From the NCBI RefSeq assembly GCF_001194135.2, contig NC_068992.1, forward strand, positions 13,893,037 to 13,957,036: a DNA stretch of 64,000 bases. The letters run 5' to 3'. The notes beneath the pieces are model-generated. The model was not told the origin of the DNA. It ran no database searches and saw nothing but the letters and a program-made list of their open reading frames with translations. This stretch comes from Octopus bimaculoides (lineage: Eukaryota). A program made the translations under genes and the position numbers. The stretch's first letter is position 1. Each line of letters begins with the position of its first letter. This document shows positions 40,725-55,535 of the stretch, piece after piece.

Positions 40725-40935
40725 GTGTGTGTGTATTTGTGTGTCTGTGTTTGTTCCCCCACCATCACTTGACAACCGATGTTGATGTGTTTACGTTTCC
40801 ATAACTTAGTGGTTAGGCAGAAGAAACTGATAGAATAAGTACTAGCCTTACAAAGAATAAGTCCTGGGGCCGATTTGCTCGACTAAAGGCGGTGCTCCAG
40901 CATGATCGCAGTCAAATGACTGAAACAAATAAACT
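40725..40935 (+). mobile_element. SINE-B 3' half
   Basis: tttgtgtgtctgtgtttgttcccccaccatcacttgacaaccgatg...ctcgactaaaggcggtgctccagcatg...gtcaaatgactgaaac. Confidence 0.85.
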
Positions 40936-41559
40936 AATAAGAGAAAAGCATATACTTAGCGAACTTCACCTTTTGGTAAATTTGAAAGTCGAGGATGTAT
41001 ATATGTCCAAAAGGCCCTCTTCATTTTCAGCCACAAACGTCATGAAAAGTCCATAGACAAATCATGTACCTACAACTGAACAGGGGAGAAATATAGAGAA
41101 CTCGACAGTCGATCTAATCCATTGCAATCCACGGTGCAAAGAAAGGAAGGAAAAACAAAAACACAGACAGCAGCAGCACAGAATGTAAATACCCTACAAA
41201 TTAAAATCATGAGTAAACGGGAAAAAAACAAGAAACAGATAATTCCGAACATAACACTCTTACGTAATAATTAAAAGGAAATTCTAATAAATGTCAATAT
41301 ATATATGAATGAATATCAGGATGACACTTATACCAATAGAAAACAAAAGCATCAAAATGATATACAATATGAAAAAGGAGGGGTAGTAAAAAAAATAGGT
41401 GGTGTATTAAACATATAAGTGAGCGAATAACTGAAACAGTTACAACAGGTTTAGGTCAAATAATATTTGACAGCATTTGTAGTATCTTATAGAGTATTTC
41501 GCAGCGTGTATTCATCAACTTTACAGGCATCACAATAGGGTAAAGAACTAGATACCATT

Positions 41560-42045
41560 AAACAGACCCTATTTAGACTATAAAATGTCAGCACGATATA
41601 AAGATGGAAAATGAGAAACAAAATCATGGAAGTACTTGAAGGAATATTATGAATTAGTTTGAAGTAAAATATAGGAATTAATGAAATTTCCATAAAATAA
41701 TTGAAATAACCTGTACAACAAAGGCAATTTTGCATGAGTGTACCACCTGAATAATGGGAAGACATCACAGTGGAAAATATAATGGAGACCATAATAGGAA
41801 AGGGTAATTGGAATTCCTCTAAAGTAGACACAATGTAATTGCTGGATATCTTCAACTAAAATATGGTCAAGTAAAATAATACCAACGTGACCGAGCAAGA
41901 ATAAATATTCTCCTACCAAAATCCAATAAGGACGAGTGCTCAGAAAGCGACGGACCAATCACAGGCGACTGTATGATCTGCAAGATCCTGATATCAAAAT
42001 TATGTGAGAAGATATATTAGTATCTCAACGAAAAAAACGTTTTCT
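41560..42045 (+). mobile_element. Decayed R4/Dong-like non-LTR RT fragment
   Basis: WEDITVENIME...LLPKSNKDECSESDGPITGDCMICKILISKLCEKIY*YLNEKN matches the LLPK..NYRPITCL..YKILT region of RLE-type RTs. Confidence 0.6.
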
Positions 42046-42150
42046 AATTAAAAAGCATAATGATGAGGGAAGTTGCTTCTATGTTTATAAAAACATACAG
42101 CTAATAATAAACGAGATAATGTTAGTTTACAGCCTGCCTGGATATGTATG

Positions 42151-42217
<67 letters not shown>

Positions 42218-44912
42218 NNNNNNNNNNNNNNNNNNNNNNNNNNNNNNNNNNNNNNNNNNNNNNNNNNNNNNNNNNNNNNNNNNNNNNNNNNNNNNNNNNN
42301 NNNNNNNNNNNNNNNNNNNNNNNNNNNNNNNNNTATATATATACACACACACACATATGAACATATATATATATACATATTTCTTTATTGCCCACAGGGG
42401 CTAAACATAGAGGGGACAAACAAGGGCAGACAAATGGTTTACTGCATTACAACGTAAAATATGTCATTCAAATTTAGTAAACGAAATTTGGATTTAGACT
42501 GGTCGGCCAAATTCGTTTCTAAATTTTTATTTAGAATGGCTTTTACATTGATGGTTGATCTATAGTTTTCTTTCTGTACGAGAAATATTTCAGTAGCAGA
42601 CAAAGCAGTAACGAAAAAGACCACGATTCCGTTGCCAAAATACACGGCTCTGCCTTCTTAAAGACAGCCTTTTGATAAATGTGCTTACCATCGAACTGTT
42701 GCTACCAAAGAAATTACACATTTAGCTATCTTCACTGAAAACACCGTCCATACCAACACGTCTATTTAATCCCTGCTTACTACATCTAGAACAAAGCCAC
42801 GCTTTCAAAATTTATTAGGAAACAGATAAATGAGATAAATAATAGGACCGGCAGATATCGAATAATATGGAAAAGGGGATATCTCTTGGAAATTGATGAA
42901 TGTACGGTTACTGATGTCTATTGCTTTGAAAAATATCTTTATTATTCAATTCAAGCTAAATAGATTTATCTGAAAATATGATAAAACATTAATGGGGGAA
43001 TTCATATAATAACACACACAAAATAGGCAGGTAAACATAAAAACGCTTTATGATTTGCAAAACGTTAGTCATGTATATCACTGAAAGTCGAGTGTATAAA
43101 AACTATAATTTCCAGAAAAGAAATTACCTCACGGAACAACTTAACACAGAAAAGTCTCCGAACATTAGACATTGACAAACATTTAGAGCCTTTCTCATGA
43201 TGGATTTCTTTTTATTCTATCTTCCAAGTCTAAAGAACATTTTCTTTGTCTTTCATTCTTAATATAAATAAATATAAATAGTTCTTTTTTAAAAAATAAT
43301 ATAGAAATAATGGTCACCTCCTTCTGCGAGATTATTATTCCGATTTGAAAGTACGGATCAAATCAAAAGAATATTTTATTAACAGATATCAGAAATGTCA
43401 ACTTAATGCATTTTTGAAGAGGGAAATAATGAAATAAACGAAAAACTATGAAGCGGAATTTCATTTTTTTTAAAAATCACTTGTCAAATTGAAAGCTTTC
43501 GAACTGTCAAAATGGAGTTATCAATGGCGGCCAATCTTTATACAATTTATATCATCGTTTTTGTTTTTCATCTTTTTTTAGTTTGTTATTTTTTCCTTCT
43601 AACACCGGAAATCAATGTCGTTTATCTTCTCCTAAAGAAATTTAAATATTGATTTTTATTATTATTATTATTACTATATTTTTTATTTTGTTATTCCAAC
43701 GCCATTAGACCAGTTTCACTCGTTGAGACGTGATAAAAAATGGGCTTACACATTGCTGGTGAGATATTGGTACAATTTTACTGTTTATGTCAAATATAAA
43801 AGGCACAAACCAACTACTACGTGTTGGAAATTTCAACTGTACACTAAATATTGTTTTGCCGTTATGTGACCGGATCGACTTTAAAACATTTGAATACAAG
43901 TTACGTCAAACATTTGAGGCTACTTTATTCGTAGTATATTATTATCTGTAATGTTCAACATTCTTTGTATAGTTAACTAACCAGTACTTTCATAGGATTT
44001 TGCTATCCTTGAATGAGGTTTTGTAACCTTTATTTGTGCTATATATATNNNNNNNNNNNNNNNNNNNNNNNNNNNNNNNNNNNNNNNNNNNNNNNNNNNN
44101 NNNNNNNNNNNNNNNNNNNNNNNNNNNNNNNNNNNNNNNNNNNNNNNNNNNNNNNNNNNNNNNNNNNNNNNNNNNNNNNNNNNNNNNNNNNNNNNNNNNN
44201 NNNNNNNNNNNNNNNNNNNNNNNNNNNNNNNNNNNNNNNNNNNNNNNNNNNNNNNNNNNNNNNNNNNNNNNNNNNNNNNNNNNNNNNNNNNNNNNNNNNN
44301 NNNNNNNNNNNNNNNNNNNNNNNNNNNNNNNNNNNNNNNNNNNNNNATATATATATATATATATACATATATATATTTACGTGTGTGTGTGTATCATACC
44401 TACAGAATCTCACATAACTTGTTTTAACACGTGCTTGTAAAAGCAAAAGTAGAAAATCTTTAATCAATTACTATTATTTGCATTAGATAAACAGATCATA
44501 ATTTGCTATATGCAAATATGTTCTACAAAACGGTTGCTGTCTGCCGTTAAACGTGTTTGAAATCTTGTTTGCCGATAGGTTATCGTTGAGACACAAATCA
44601 GCTTACAAAATCAAAAAGACAACTTAATCACCACAGCAGTGCGTAGTGTACTGTGCTAAAGCATTGTACTGCCTTATTATATAAGGCAATAGAGTAAAGT
44701 GTGCGAGTCAGGGAACTTGTTCCTATGTCGCAAATCAGCGACTTCAAAACATTTACCCTGAGAAAACCATGTGTATTATTGTCACAGAAGTATTAGGTCG
44801 GTAGTAAAGAAACTATAATTCTAAGTCATTTGGCCAAGGAATTTTGTTCAGTCATCATATACATAGATACACCGATATAAACGTATATGTATGCATATAT
44901 ATNNNNNNNNNN

Positions 44913-44943
<31 letters not shown>

Positions 44944-45899
44944 TCATGTATACACATGCACTCATGTATACATCATACATAAATGCACTCATACATACAT
45001 ACATTTGTAAAACTTTCCAGAAGTTTATATATGAGATTCCTAGTTATGCAACTATATGCATGTGAATACATGCATAAAACAAAACATACAAACCTTCACA
45101 ATTACATACATACATACATACATACATACACACATACATACATGCATGCATACATACATGCATACATACATACATACATACATACATACATACATACATA
45201 CATACATACATACATACATACATACGAGTACAACGTTTCTACCTACAAAAACAAAGTTACTTCACCAGTAAGTTATTTAAGAAAACGTGAGTACTCTTCT
45301 CATTTTACCTGATCTCAGTAACTAAACCAAGATTTACTTCGGTGCGATGAAAAAGCCCGAGATGACCCTTCAATCAGATACATGAAGCGGTTAATATAAT
45401 ACTGGGACTAAGCTCGTCCGAACTTAAATACCTTCACGGCAGAACAGCTCCGACAATAAGCATCTTTTGTGAAAAAAACAAATCAACTGGTCCTCGATTC
45501 TCCCAAAGCATTGAGAATGGGCCAAAATCTGCCAGAAGGGGCGTAAAAAATAATATAAACAAACCACCGCACCTGCCATCGCTATTTTCGAGTGTGTCTC
45601 CAAATTTAGCAATAAATCTTGAAATAAAACTGAATAAGGACACACATGGTTGTTGTCAAATCCTCGATAGGTATGTCACATGCTGACGCATGATCTTATC
45701 CTAGATGTTAATGACAATGGCTGTCAGCAATGTCAGTCATGAATTTTAAAGTCAGTAACATCTGGCACACACACAGACACACATACATACATACATACAT
45801 ACATACATACATACATACATACATACACACATACACGCACACATACATACATACATACATACATGCATACATACATACATACATACATACATACATACA

Positions 45900-45931
<32 letters not shown>

Positions 45932-46339
45932 AATATGTACACAGTCAATTTCTAAGGAATATCATTGGTCTTTGAATTGAATTGTTGGATTGTAATAACT
46001 TTTGAATTATTCATTTTTAATTCAACCATTGTAATCTAGGGATCTCTCAAGCTCTTCCTTTTGAAGTAGACTTCGCAGCATTTTCTAGTAGGTTTTATGA
46101 CCAGCGTCCATTATGCTATTTACGCCGAGGCTATCATGTTCACCACTCAGTGTCAAATGTGTTTCATATGTATATAAATGTATGAATTCATAAATATTAT
46201 GGTACATATTTACTCGTATCATACGATTAATTTTATTCGTTCCATATACATATTGAAATCTGTGTGTGCGTGCGTTTCTGCGTGTTACTCTGTGTGGGTG
46301 CACGTGTGTTTGTACGTGTGTGTATGTTTCTGTCGCTGT

Positions 46340-46555
46340 ATGTGTGTATGTATATATTTGTCTGTCTGTTTGTCGCCCCACCATCGCTTGACTACCGATG
46401 TTGGTATGTTTACGTCCCCGTAACTTAGCAGTTCGGCAAGAGGGCCTCAGAAAATAAGTACTAGGCTTACGAAGAATAAGTCCTGGGATCGATTCGTTCG
46501 ACTTAAGGCGATGCCCCAGCATAGCACCCTCAAATGACTGAAACAAGTAACAGAA
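46340..46555 (+). mobile_element. SINE-B 3' half
   Basis: ccccaccatcgcttgactaccgatgttggtatgtttacgtccccgtaacttagcagttcggcaa...aaatgactgaaacaagtaa. Confidence 0.85.
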
Positions 46556-48134
46556 TAAATGAATAATTAAAAAGTGAAAATGAGCTTCGGAAAAACCTAT
46601 ATATATATATATATATATATTCTGAAAATGATTAAGCTTAAGATCTTGTTTGTTCTATGTAATGTTCGTTCCAAACATTACATTTTACAACATAAATTAA
46701 AATTGTTGATGATCAGGTGATGTGATTCTTTTCCTTTTTAGTTTGAAGACAAATCCTGATTGGAGTTGATGAGCTATGATTTTTGCTTTACGTTTCTATA
46801 ATATTGATGTATAGGTCTTAACTATATTAGTGATTTTCGAGTATACGTTAACGCTGGAAATTAAATTTTTACAGATTATAGTTGTCTACATACACACAGA
46901 CAAACACACACGCACGTGCACACACGCACACAGCCACACACACACTCACGAAGGCACAAATACGCAACTACACACGCACATATTTATGCACCTATATAAT
47001 ATTATCTCACTCTCACCCCGACTCTCTCTCCTCCTTCAGTATGTTTTACAGTTACGTCAAATAAAAATATCAAAAGTAGGAATCGCTCTGATGCTGATAT
47101 TAATTTAATTAACAAGAAGGCGATGCTTAACGCCATGCTGTTAAGATTAATAGATATAATTAACTTTCAAGAAAGCAAGTCACGTCTAAACCTAGCACAT
47201 AATGCGATATTTCATTACAAAACCTACAATGAAGGCTCACATATTTCTCTGTCAAACGCAATCACAGTATCATTGTCTATATCTTTACTTTCCATTCTTT
47301 TCTCCGCCCTTCGTTGTATTAATGTAGCGATTCCTTTGGTTTTGTGTATAGGCACTCGTGTATGGCAAGCGGCAGCTTATTTCATTTTACACGCCCTTAT
47401 GTTCCAAAAGTTACAAATACTGGCACATAGACAGGCACACATAGATGTACATACATACGTATATATANNNNNNNNNNNNNNNNNNNNNNNNNNNNNNNNN
47501 NNNNNNNNNNNNNNNNNNNNNNNNNNNNNNNNNNNNNNNNNNNNNNNNNNNNNNNNNNNNNNNNNNNNNNNNNNNNNNNNNNNNNNNNNNNNNNNNNNNN
47601 NNNNNNNNNNNNNNNNNNNNNNNNNNNNNNNNNNNNNNNNNNNNNNNNNNNNNNNNNNNNNNNNNNNNNNNNNNNNNNNNNNNNNNNNNNNNNNNNNNNN
47701 NNNNNNNNNNNNNNNNNNNNNNNNNNNNNNNNNNNNNNNNNNNNNNNNNNNNNNNNNNNNNNNNNNNNNNNNNNNNNNNNNNNNNNNNNNNNNNNNNNNN
47801 NNNNNNNNNNNNNNNNNNNNNNNNNNNNNNNNNNNNNNNNNNNNNNNNNNNNNNNNNNNNNNNNNNNNNNNNNNNNNNNNNNNNNNNNNNNNNNNNNNNN
47901 NNNNNNNNNNNNNNNNNNNNNNNNNNNNNNNNNNNNNNNNNNNNNNNNNNNNNNNNNNNNNNNNNNNNNNNNNNNNNNNNNNNNNNNNNNNNNNNNNNNN
48001 NNNNNNNNNNNNNNNNNNNNNNNNNNNNNNNNNNNNNNNNNNNNNNNNNNNNNNNNNNNNNNNNNNNNNNNNNNNNNNNNNNNNNNNNNNNNNNNNNNNN
48101 NNNNNNNNNNNNTATATATATAAATACACACGCC

Positions 48135-48265
48135 AGGATTCTTTTTAGTTTCCATCTACCAAATCTACTCACAGGCCTTTGGTCGGTCCGCGGCTATAGT
48201 AGAAGACATTTGCCCAAGGTGCCACACAGTGGGAATGAACCCAGGACCATATGCTTAGGAAGTCA
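48135..48265 (-). mobile_element. SINE-B 5' half
   Basis: tttccatctaccaaatctactcacagg...ggctatagtagaagacatttgcccaaggtgccac. Confidence 0.8.
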
Positions 48266-48333
48266 CACCTGTCTCTATTTACATATATACGTATTTATAC
48301 ATATAGAGTGAGAGAGAGAGAGAGGGAGAGAAT

Positions 48334-48377
<44 letters not shown>

Positions 48378-48799
48378 TTTTTTTTAAATGGTGTCAGCTG
48401 ATTATATAAATAAATAAACTATAAAAATTGAATATCGACAGCTTGGATATCAATTAAAAAGACCAACGCGGTTGGGATGTTGGTGTTAATTGGTCTTCAT
48501 AAGCGGAGTGGCTTCAGGTTAAGGAGTCTCAGGTATATTTTAAAGATGATTTAATTAGGGGTGTGGAGAGTAGTTATGATGATATCAATGATGACAATGA
48601 TGATGATAATGATGATGATGATGATGATGATGATGACGACGGCGACAACGATAAAGGTTACGCGGTAAATTTAACATGAGAAAATTCTAAAAATATTGCT
48701 CCGAAAATTACTGAATAACATTGAGAAAAGACAAGAAATGTAAGCACAAAATAATCAAATATTAACAAAATGTATTCCTAATTGCGGCACATATATGAT

Positions 48800-49198
48800 G
48801 TATTATTACAAATATTTTTAATATCCCACATTCTCAGCAGAGTTACAAGTATCAACACTACCTGGTTAGCTACAAAAATATATGCAACAGGCTCTGTGGT
48901 CGAAAAGGAGAAGTGGCTACATCTTAGGATCCACCCAGTATGGAGTATCAAAATCCAAGCTAAGAGCATGGAATATAAATACGCTGGAAACCATTAAGTA
49001 TCAGACGAAGGGTCTGTCAAGTATTATTGAAATGATTAACATAGGCACTGGCGTGTCTGTGCGGAAAAAAGGTTGCTTCCCAACCACATGGCTTCGAGTT
49101 CAGTCCCAATGCATGGCACCTTCGGCAGGTGTCTTCTACTATAGGTTAATGAAATCCTTGTGAGTGGATTTGGTAGATGGAAACTGAAAGACGCAAAC

Positions 49199-49250
<52 letters not shown>

Positions 49251-49830
49251 TGTGTGTGTGTGTGTGTGTTTGTGTGTGTGTGTAGCGGTTCGGCAAAAGA
49301 GACCGAGAGAAGAATTACCAGGCTTAATAAAAAAAATGTTCGACTAAAATCGAACTAAAATCGACTAAAATTTGTTCGACTAAAACCCTTCAAGGCGGTG
49401 CCCCAGTGTAGCCGCCGTCAAATGACTGAAACAAGTAAAAGATAAAGGATAAAATATAAGAAGCCTACTTGGAAACAAAAAAAAGGGACAAACTGCTGCA
49501 GAAATATAAAATAACAAAACAAGATGTACGCGAAATAAAAGAACACCTAAAACAATAGATTCTCGCTAAATCCAGGGAATCCGACGGTGTAAATGAGCCC
49601 CAAAAATTCTTTGACAAAACAAAATAAAGCTAACTTCAATCTAAAAAGATTCTATTAAAAACATGGTTATATGAAAATAGAAACAAGTGCAGCACCACCA
49701 GGAGCATAAATAGAAGACGTATAGGTAGGAATATGGACTGCAAAGTAATCAATCTGGAAAAAGATCCAACAAAACTACAGATACATCTGAAAAATCTTGG
49801 ACGTTCGCTATACCAGAAGACGTAACTCAA
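48800..49830 (+). mobile_element. Decayed R4/Dong-like LINE (region upstream of RT), split by a SINE-B
   Basis: KIYATGSVV..PVWSIKIQAK before the SINE, and EIKEHLKQ*ILAKS...KFFD after it, resemble the pre-RT region of R4-type ORFs (from recall). Confidence 0.45.
49043..49450 (+). mobile_element. SINE-B (head, (GT)n, partial 3' half with local cgactaaaa reiteration)
   Basis: Both halves in register around the microsatellite. Confidence 0.85.
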
Positions 49831-50129
49831 ATAATGCAAAACTCAAACTGTCGAATATAAAATAAATTAGTTGCGAAGCAAACTTAACCATTCAGCATTT
49901 TTTGTCTGTTTCTCGTATTACTACGTTGCTAAATGTGTTGAGTTGTATGTATATTGCTGATGAGAGTATCATCAGACTAATCGTGACCGAAATGGTATCT
50001 CGTATTTGTCGCAGTAATTAAAACAAGATTAATTATTAAATAATATTAAGTTTTCGTTAGCGTATAATTATCTCTGGTAATGTTAAAAACGCTTCAAACT
50101 TGAAACAAGTCCGCACTAACATGGCTGAC

Positions 50130-50501
50130 AGAATCTTAATCATCATCATCATCATCATCATCATCGTCCTCGTCATCGTTGTCGTCGTCGTCGTCGTCAT
50201 CGTTAGCATAAATATCAGTCTCATAACCTCCACCAACATTACTAGCACCACCATCATCATCATCATCATCATCGTCATCATCATCATCATCGTCATCATC
50301 ATCATCATCATCATCATCACTTTCAACATCATCTCTACCGTTATTATCAACACTATTTTAGCATCAACGTAATGGTCATCACCATCATCATCATCATCAT
50401 CATCATCGTCGTCGTCGTCGTCGTCGTCGTCAACTTCAACGTCATCGCCATGATCGTAATCAACATTGTGTTTACGATGAGGATCAGGATAATTACCATC
50501 G

Positions 50502-50532
<31 letters not shown>

Positions 50533-50760
50533 CCATCGTCATCATCATCATCATCATCATGGCCATCACCAATAACGACAACATTAAAGCATCTGCATTA
50601 TCAGCCCTAACATCTCCCCCTACCACCACGATGTTTGCTATCAACAACATCCTCCTCCTCCACCTCATTATCATCATCATCACCACCACCATCATCACCA
50701 TCATCATCATCAACTGCAGAACAGTAACTTCAGCAACAGTAGTAGCAGCAGCAGCAGCAG
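50130..50760. repeat. Mosaic (CAT)/(CGT)/(CAC)/(CAG) trinucleotide tract
   Basis: Directly visible. Confidence 0.9.
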
Positions 50761-51355
50761 CAGTGTTTAAACCCCTACCATAATTGTCTGCATATCATAT
50801 CAACTGCTCTTCCTTTGCTCAAATTCTTTGTGGTCTTTTGATGTGTAAACCGCAATTATTGGTCGCTGTTGACAATGGCACTGGAATATGATGTTCTGCA
50901 CGATAATTGTACTATGTCACTGACTAAATGACTTTGAAACTACTTTGATCCATTTTAAGAAATGCTTCCAGCCTCCCAACAACACATTTGCAGAAAAGAC
51001 GGCGATAGAAACCAGAAAAAGAACACAAAATGGATACGAGTAATTTTCTATATTTTTTTTTTTCTTACTTCGAGTTGGTTCATGACAAAAATGCTTGAAA
51101 GAATATGGTTCGAATCGGTAGAGTTGTATGTGAAGACACCATGCTTCTATTCACACACATGTATGCACAGACCCACACTCTCACAAACTTACGCTTACAT
51201 ATGTGTGTGTGCGCGCGTGTGTGCGTGCGTTTATACATACATATATACATTTATATATGTATATATAGATAGATAGATAGATAGATAGAAAGAGAGAGAG
51301 AATGATAGATAGATATAGATATAGATATATATGTATATATAAACATATATATATG

Positions 51356-51398
<43 letters not shown>

Positions 51399-51441
51399 GT
51401 ACACGTATATATATATATATATATATGCATATATATATATG

Positions 51442-51517
<76 letters not shown>

Positions 51518-52439
51518 CACACACATACATGTATGTATATATATGTGTAAACACTTGCATATAGTGTGTGTGTGTGTGTGTGTGTGCACGTGTATGTGTG
51601 TATGTGTGTGTGTGCGTGTGTGTGTTAAATGGGTAAATCTCAACGGCATTTATGCAAATAGGATATACAAGTGTTTACAAACTTTGCGTGTTTATGATCA
51701 TACGATAAAAAAAGAATACTTAATCCAAGTAGGAGTGTTACGTCAGGTATATCGTTTGTAATCTGAACACACACATATACCCCACCCACACCCATACATA
51801 TGCATACACGTAACACGTATGTATGAGTATGCGCATGTATTAGGTGTTGCATAATATGGTTGGCCATAGTCAAAAAAATGTAAGACGCTCAGAGAAAAAT
51901 TCCATGGCAGAATAGATGCTTGTGTCAGCGTAGATGATAAGCTCTCCAGACTCCTGCTGCAAAATGTACCCATCGTTGCCATAGCTTTACAAATATCAGA
52001 AGAATGTTATATCCTTGGTAGGACTGAAAAGTCATATCCGTTATGTTCATGTTTAAGAGAATCGTGTTGCTGCCACAAGTAAATTATGAACCATTTCGTG
52101 TTATTACATAAATCTATTGATTGAAAGAAGAAAAAGAAATGGTTAACCACAAACAAATAATATGTGGTCCAGATTGTCGAATGACAATGATTTCATGCCG
52201 GCATCACAATCCATTGAGAAATACTGAAATAAAACATGGCTGCCATTAATTGCATGTATGGCAGAAGTATTTAAGTGTTCGCTCACGGACACAATCTTGC
52301 TCAAATCAAATTCTGTCATCGTTAGAAAAAGAACTGTACATTTACAGTGTCTGTGAAAAGAAACGCTGTGATGGTCAGTTTTGAAACGACGTTAGTCGTA
52401 CGTCTGCTTTATCAAAGCTATGCTTGAGTTTATATCTAC

Positions 52440-52645
52440 GTTAGAATTTTGGCACACGGCCAACAGCTTCAGTGAGAGAGATAGCCTATCATATGAACCC
52501 AATGCGTGGGTGGAGCTTGATTTTACCACGGAAGGATAAAAGCAAGGTAGATCTAGTCAGCATTTCACTTCAGAACGTTGACAACTGTAAGAAATGCTGC
52601 TATACAATTCGTCCGGCATTCTAACGATTCTTCCTGCTCGCCGCT
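52440..52645 (-). mobile_element. Old SINE-A variant
   Basis: Ends ttcgtccggcattctaacgattcttcctgctcgccgc, the reverse of the SINE-A head. Confidence 0.6.
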
Positions 52646-54163
52646 AAACTACAAAACAATTGGATATTTTAGTAGTTATGTTACATACATAAAGCGAGGT
52701 TCATATGCAGCGCCTGTGGCATAAAGTGAAATACGGACTTCTTAGGTTTACCGTTTCTTTCTAACTTTTCTAACGGCAATCTACAACCCAGGTTATCCCA
52801 GACGGCATTCTATGTTATTAAATTAATCAACCATGGAAAAAGAACCTGAATATGATTTTAAGTGAGATTCCGTTACCAACATGGAATAGCCTGTGATTAA
52901 ATGGGGCATATTGTTATTGGAACATTAGTATCTTAGTTTCCGCGAGTTCTTGCACGATATCTCTTCAAATTTCTTAGCGCACTCTCTCATCATGAGTGTA
53001 TCCATACATTATTCTATGGTAGGATCGCTTTCACCACATTATAACAATCATATTCACATTCAAACATATATTAATGCATAAACAGACATACACACTTAGA
53101 AACACACATATACACACATAACCGATAACAGGTAATATACATCATCGTATTTAATATTTATGTCCATATCCACGAACGTATAATGTCACTTCAGTAAACA
53201 TAAATATTTATATGTATGAATGTATGCATGCATGTATATATATATCCATATATATCTATAAACATATATATATATACACACATATGCATATATATATATA
53301 TATATATATANNNNNNNNNNNNNNNNNNNNNNNNNNNNNNNNNNNNNNNNNNNNNNNNNNNNNNNNNNNNNNNNNNNNNNNNNNNNNNNNNNNNNNNNNN
53401 NNNNNNNNNNNNNNNNNNNNNNNNNNNNNNNNNNNNNNNNNNNNNNNNNNNNNNNNNNNNNNNNNNNNNNNNNNNNNNNNNNNNNNNNNNNNNNNNNNNN
53501 NNNNNNNNNNNNNNNNNNNNNNNNNNNNNNNNNNNNNNNNNNNNNNNNNNNNNNNNNNNNNNNNNNNNNNNNNNNNNNNNNNNNNNNNNNNNNNNNNNNN
53601 NNNNNNNNNNNNNNNNNNNNNNNNNNNNNNNNNNNNNNNNNNNNNNNNNNNNNNNNNNNNATATATATATATATAAGTGTATGTTATGTGTGAGTGTCTG
53701 CATGTAAATATTTCGTGTAAATATGCTTATGTGAGTGATAGAAAACTGAAATTGCTCTCCCATGAATGCGATAAATTAACACCGCTTTTCTTTACCTTTC
53801 TCACTTCCATTTCTTGGACATATTCATTTATGTCTTTACTGAAATGAAGCATAAAGGACAGGTATTGCATTCACACGCACACACTCACGCTTACAAACAT
53901 ATTCATAACACGTACACGTCTGTAATAGTATGGGAGTTAGTATGTATGTGAGTGTGGCTGAGTTGTTCTCTCTGTGTGTTTATGTGTGACGTGTGTGGGT
54001 GCCTATGGTTGTATGATTACGCGTTGTAAAACTATGGTTGTTCAAGGGTGTAAGTATCATAGGAACAAATATGTTAAATTCAAAGTAGGATTTCTTGTTT
54101 CTCAACTGTAATTCGTAACAAATGTACCCGTCTTCAAACACACACACTCTCTCTTTCTTTCTT

Positions 54164-54200
<37 letters not shown>

Positions 54201-54320
54201 TGCACACATACGTACGTATGCACGCGCATACGTATGTTAAGATATGTATGTTCCTATGTAAACATATATCCATACACATATATATATATATATGTGTTCG
54301 TTTGGGTGTGCATTATCAAT

Positions 54321-54408
<88 letters not shown>

Positions 54409-54794
54409 GTATGTATGCATGTATGCATGTATACACACACACATAGGTGCCGCGAATTAGAGAAAGAGTGTGAGACGGACCGCGCTTGTGTGTTGTTTAT
54501 GCATAATGAATATTCTCTCAATTTTCTTCTGAAGTCAAACCAAACTGAGATACAAATACATAGGCAGGCAGACAGAGTGAATGACAGAACAAGAAATGGG
54601 TGTGCTAGCGGTATGAGGATTGATGTGAATTGTTTAACAGTTTCAACTTTCTACATTTGCTCTCTGGTGATCTTAGATGTGGTTTTGTCTCTCGGCTTTT
54701 ATTTGCATTCGGACGTTCACGTGAAACTTATCTTTTTATTCTAAATCCTTCATTTGTGATTTCGGTTGTAGCCATAACTCATATTCAGTGGAGG

Positions 54795-55535
54795 ACATGG
54801 ACGCCAAAATCAATAAGTAGACAAGGATGTTGCTTTGTTTCCCTCCAGGTCTTACAGGTGATTCGTACTACTGTTGCCTGGCCAAGCTGGAAATACCTCT
54901 CAAGTCCATTATTGAGGAATACAAAGTCGGACCTGTAGGGCTCTTAATAGTGCTTAAAAGCTCGAAACACAAGGTTGCGAGATCGATCCGGCCCAAGCTG
55001 AAGAGATGCATGAAATGAAAAGTCCAGGAGGTGGTAGATGAGGCAAAAGAAATCCTTTCGATCAGAGAAATAATGGAACACACTCAGACCAATAGGTAGG
55101 AACTGAACATCACAAAAGTGGCAAGATGGTCAGAAGCCAGGGTGTGGTGGAGGAGAGATCTGATTTTACATGAGGTGAAAAAGGAAGAGGAGACGATAAG
55201 AATCGGGAAGACAGTACAGCAGAGGCAGCACAGAAGACAGTAAAGAGCGGGAAGGCAGTACAGCAGACGCAATAGGACATGGAAGGTGCATTGCAGAAGT
55301 TCCTCAGCAGGAACGAGTTGTGGAATTTAGCGCCTCTCAGAATAAGTTTTATCCTAAGGTCTGTCTACGATCTTCTGCCTTCGAATACGAACCTAGTGAA
55401 GGGGGTGGTGATAGGGGCGGGTAAATCAGATAATTCTGAATTTCCACTCTAGGCAGACAATGGAACACATTTTGAACTCCCGCAGAGTAGCTCTAGCCCA
55501 AGGAAGATGCGCGTGCAGGCACAATCAAGGGCTTA
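54795..55535 (+). mobile_element. Decayed HERO-clade (R2-group) non-LTR retrotransposon, post-RT region to zinc knuckle
   Basis: KLEIPLKSIIEEYKVG...VVDEAKEIL...ELWNLAPLRISFILRSVYDLLPSNTNLV, then a frameshifted QTMEHILNSRRVALAQGR...RHNQ (CCHC knuckle and RHN/D motif region). Confidence 0.75.

Noticed and set aside
42689-42734. Minus-strand 46-nt micro-exon (gttttcag ... ATG|gtaagc), open only in phase 1
   Set aside because: Phase-compatible with the 59061 donor but short and without recognisable homology; such signals arise by chance.
49956-49975. CTGATGA...TCATCAG, a possible second hammerhead
   Set aside because: Only a short palindrome; no stem II/GAAA/NUH arrangement.
50057-50713. 218-aa M/D/V-rich ORF (similarly 30900-31625 and 1347-1671)
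   Set aside because: Confined to trinucleotide tracts and closes quickly in unique flanks; no convincing splice sites.
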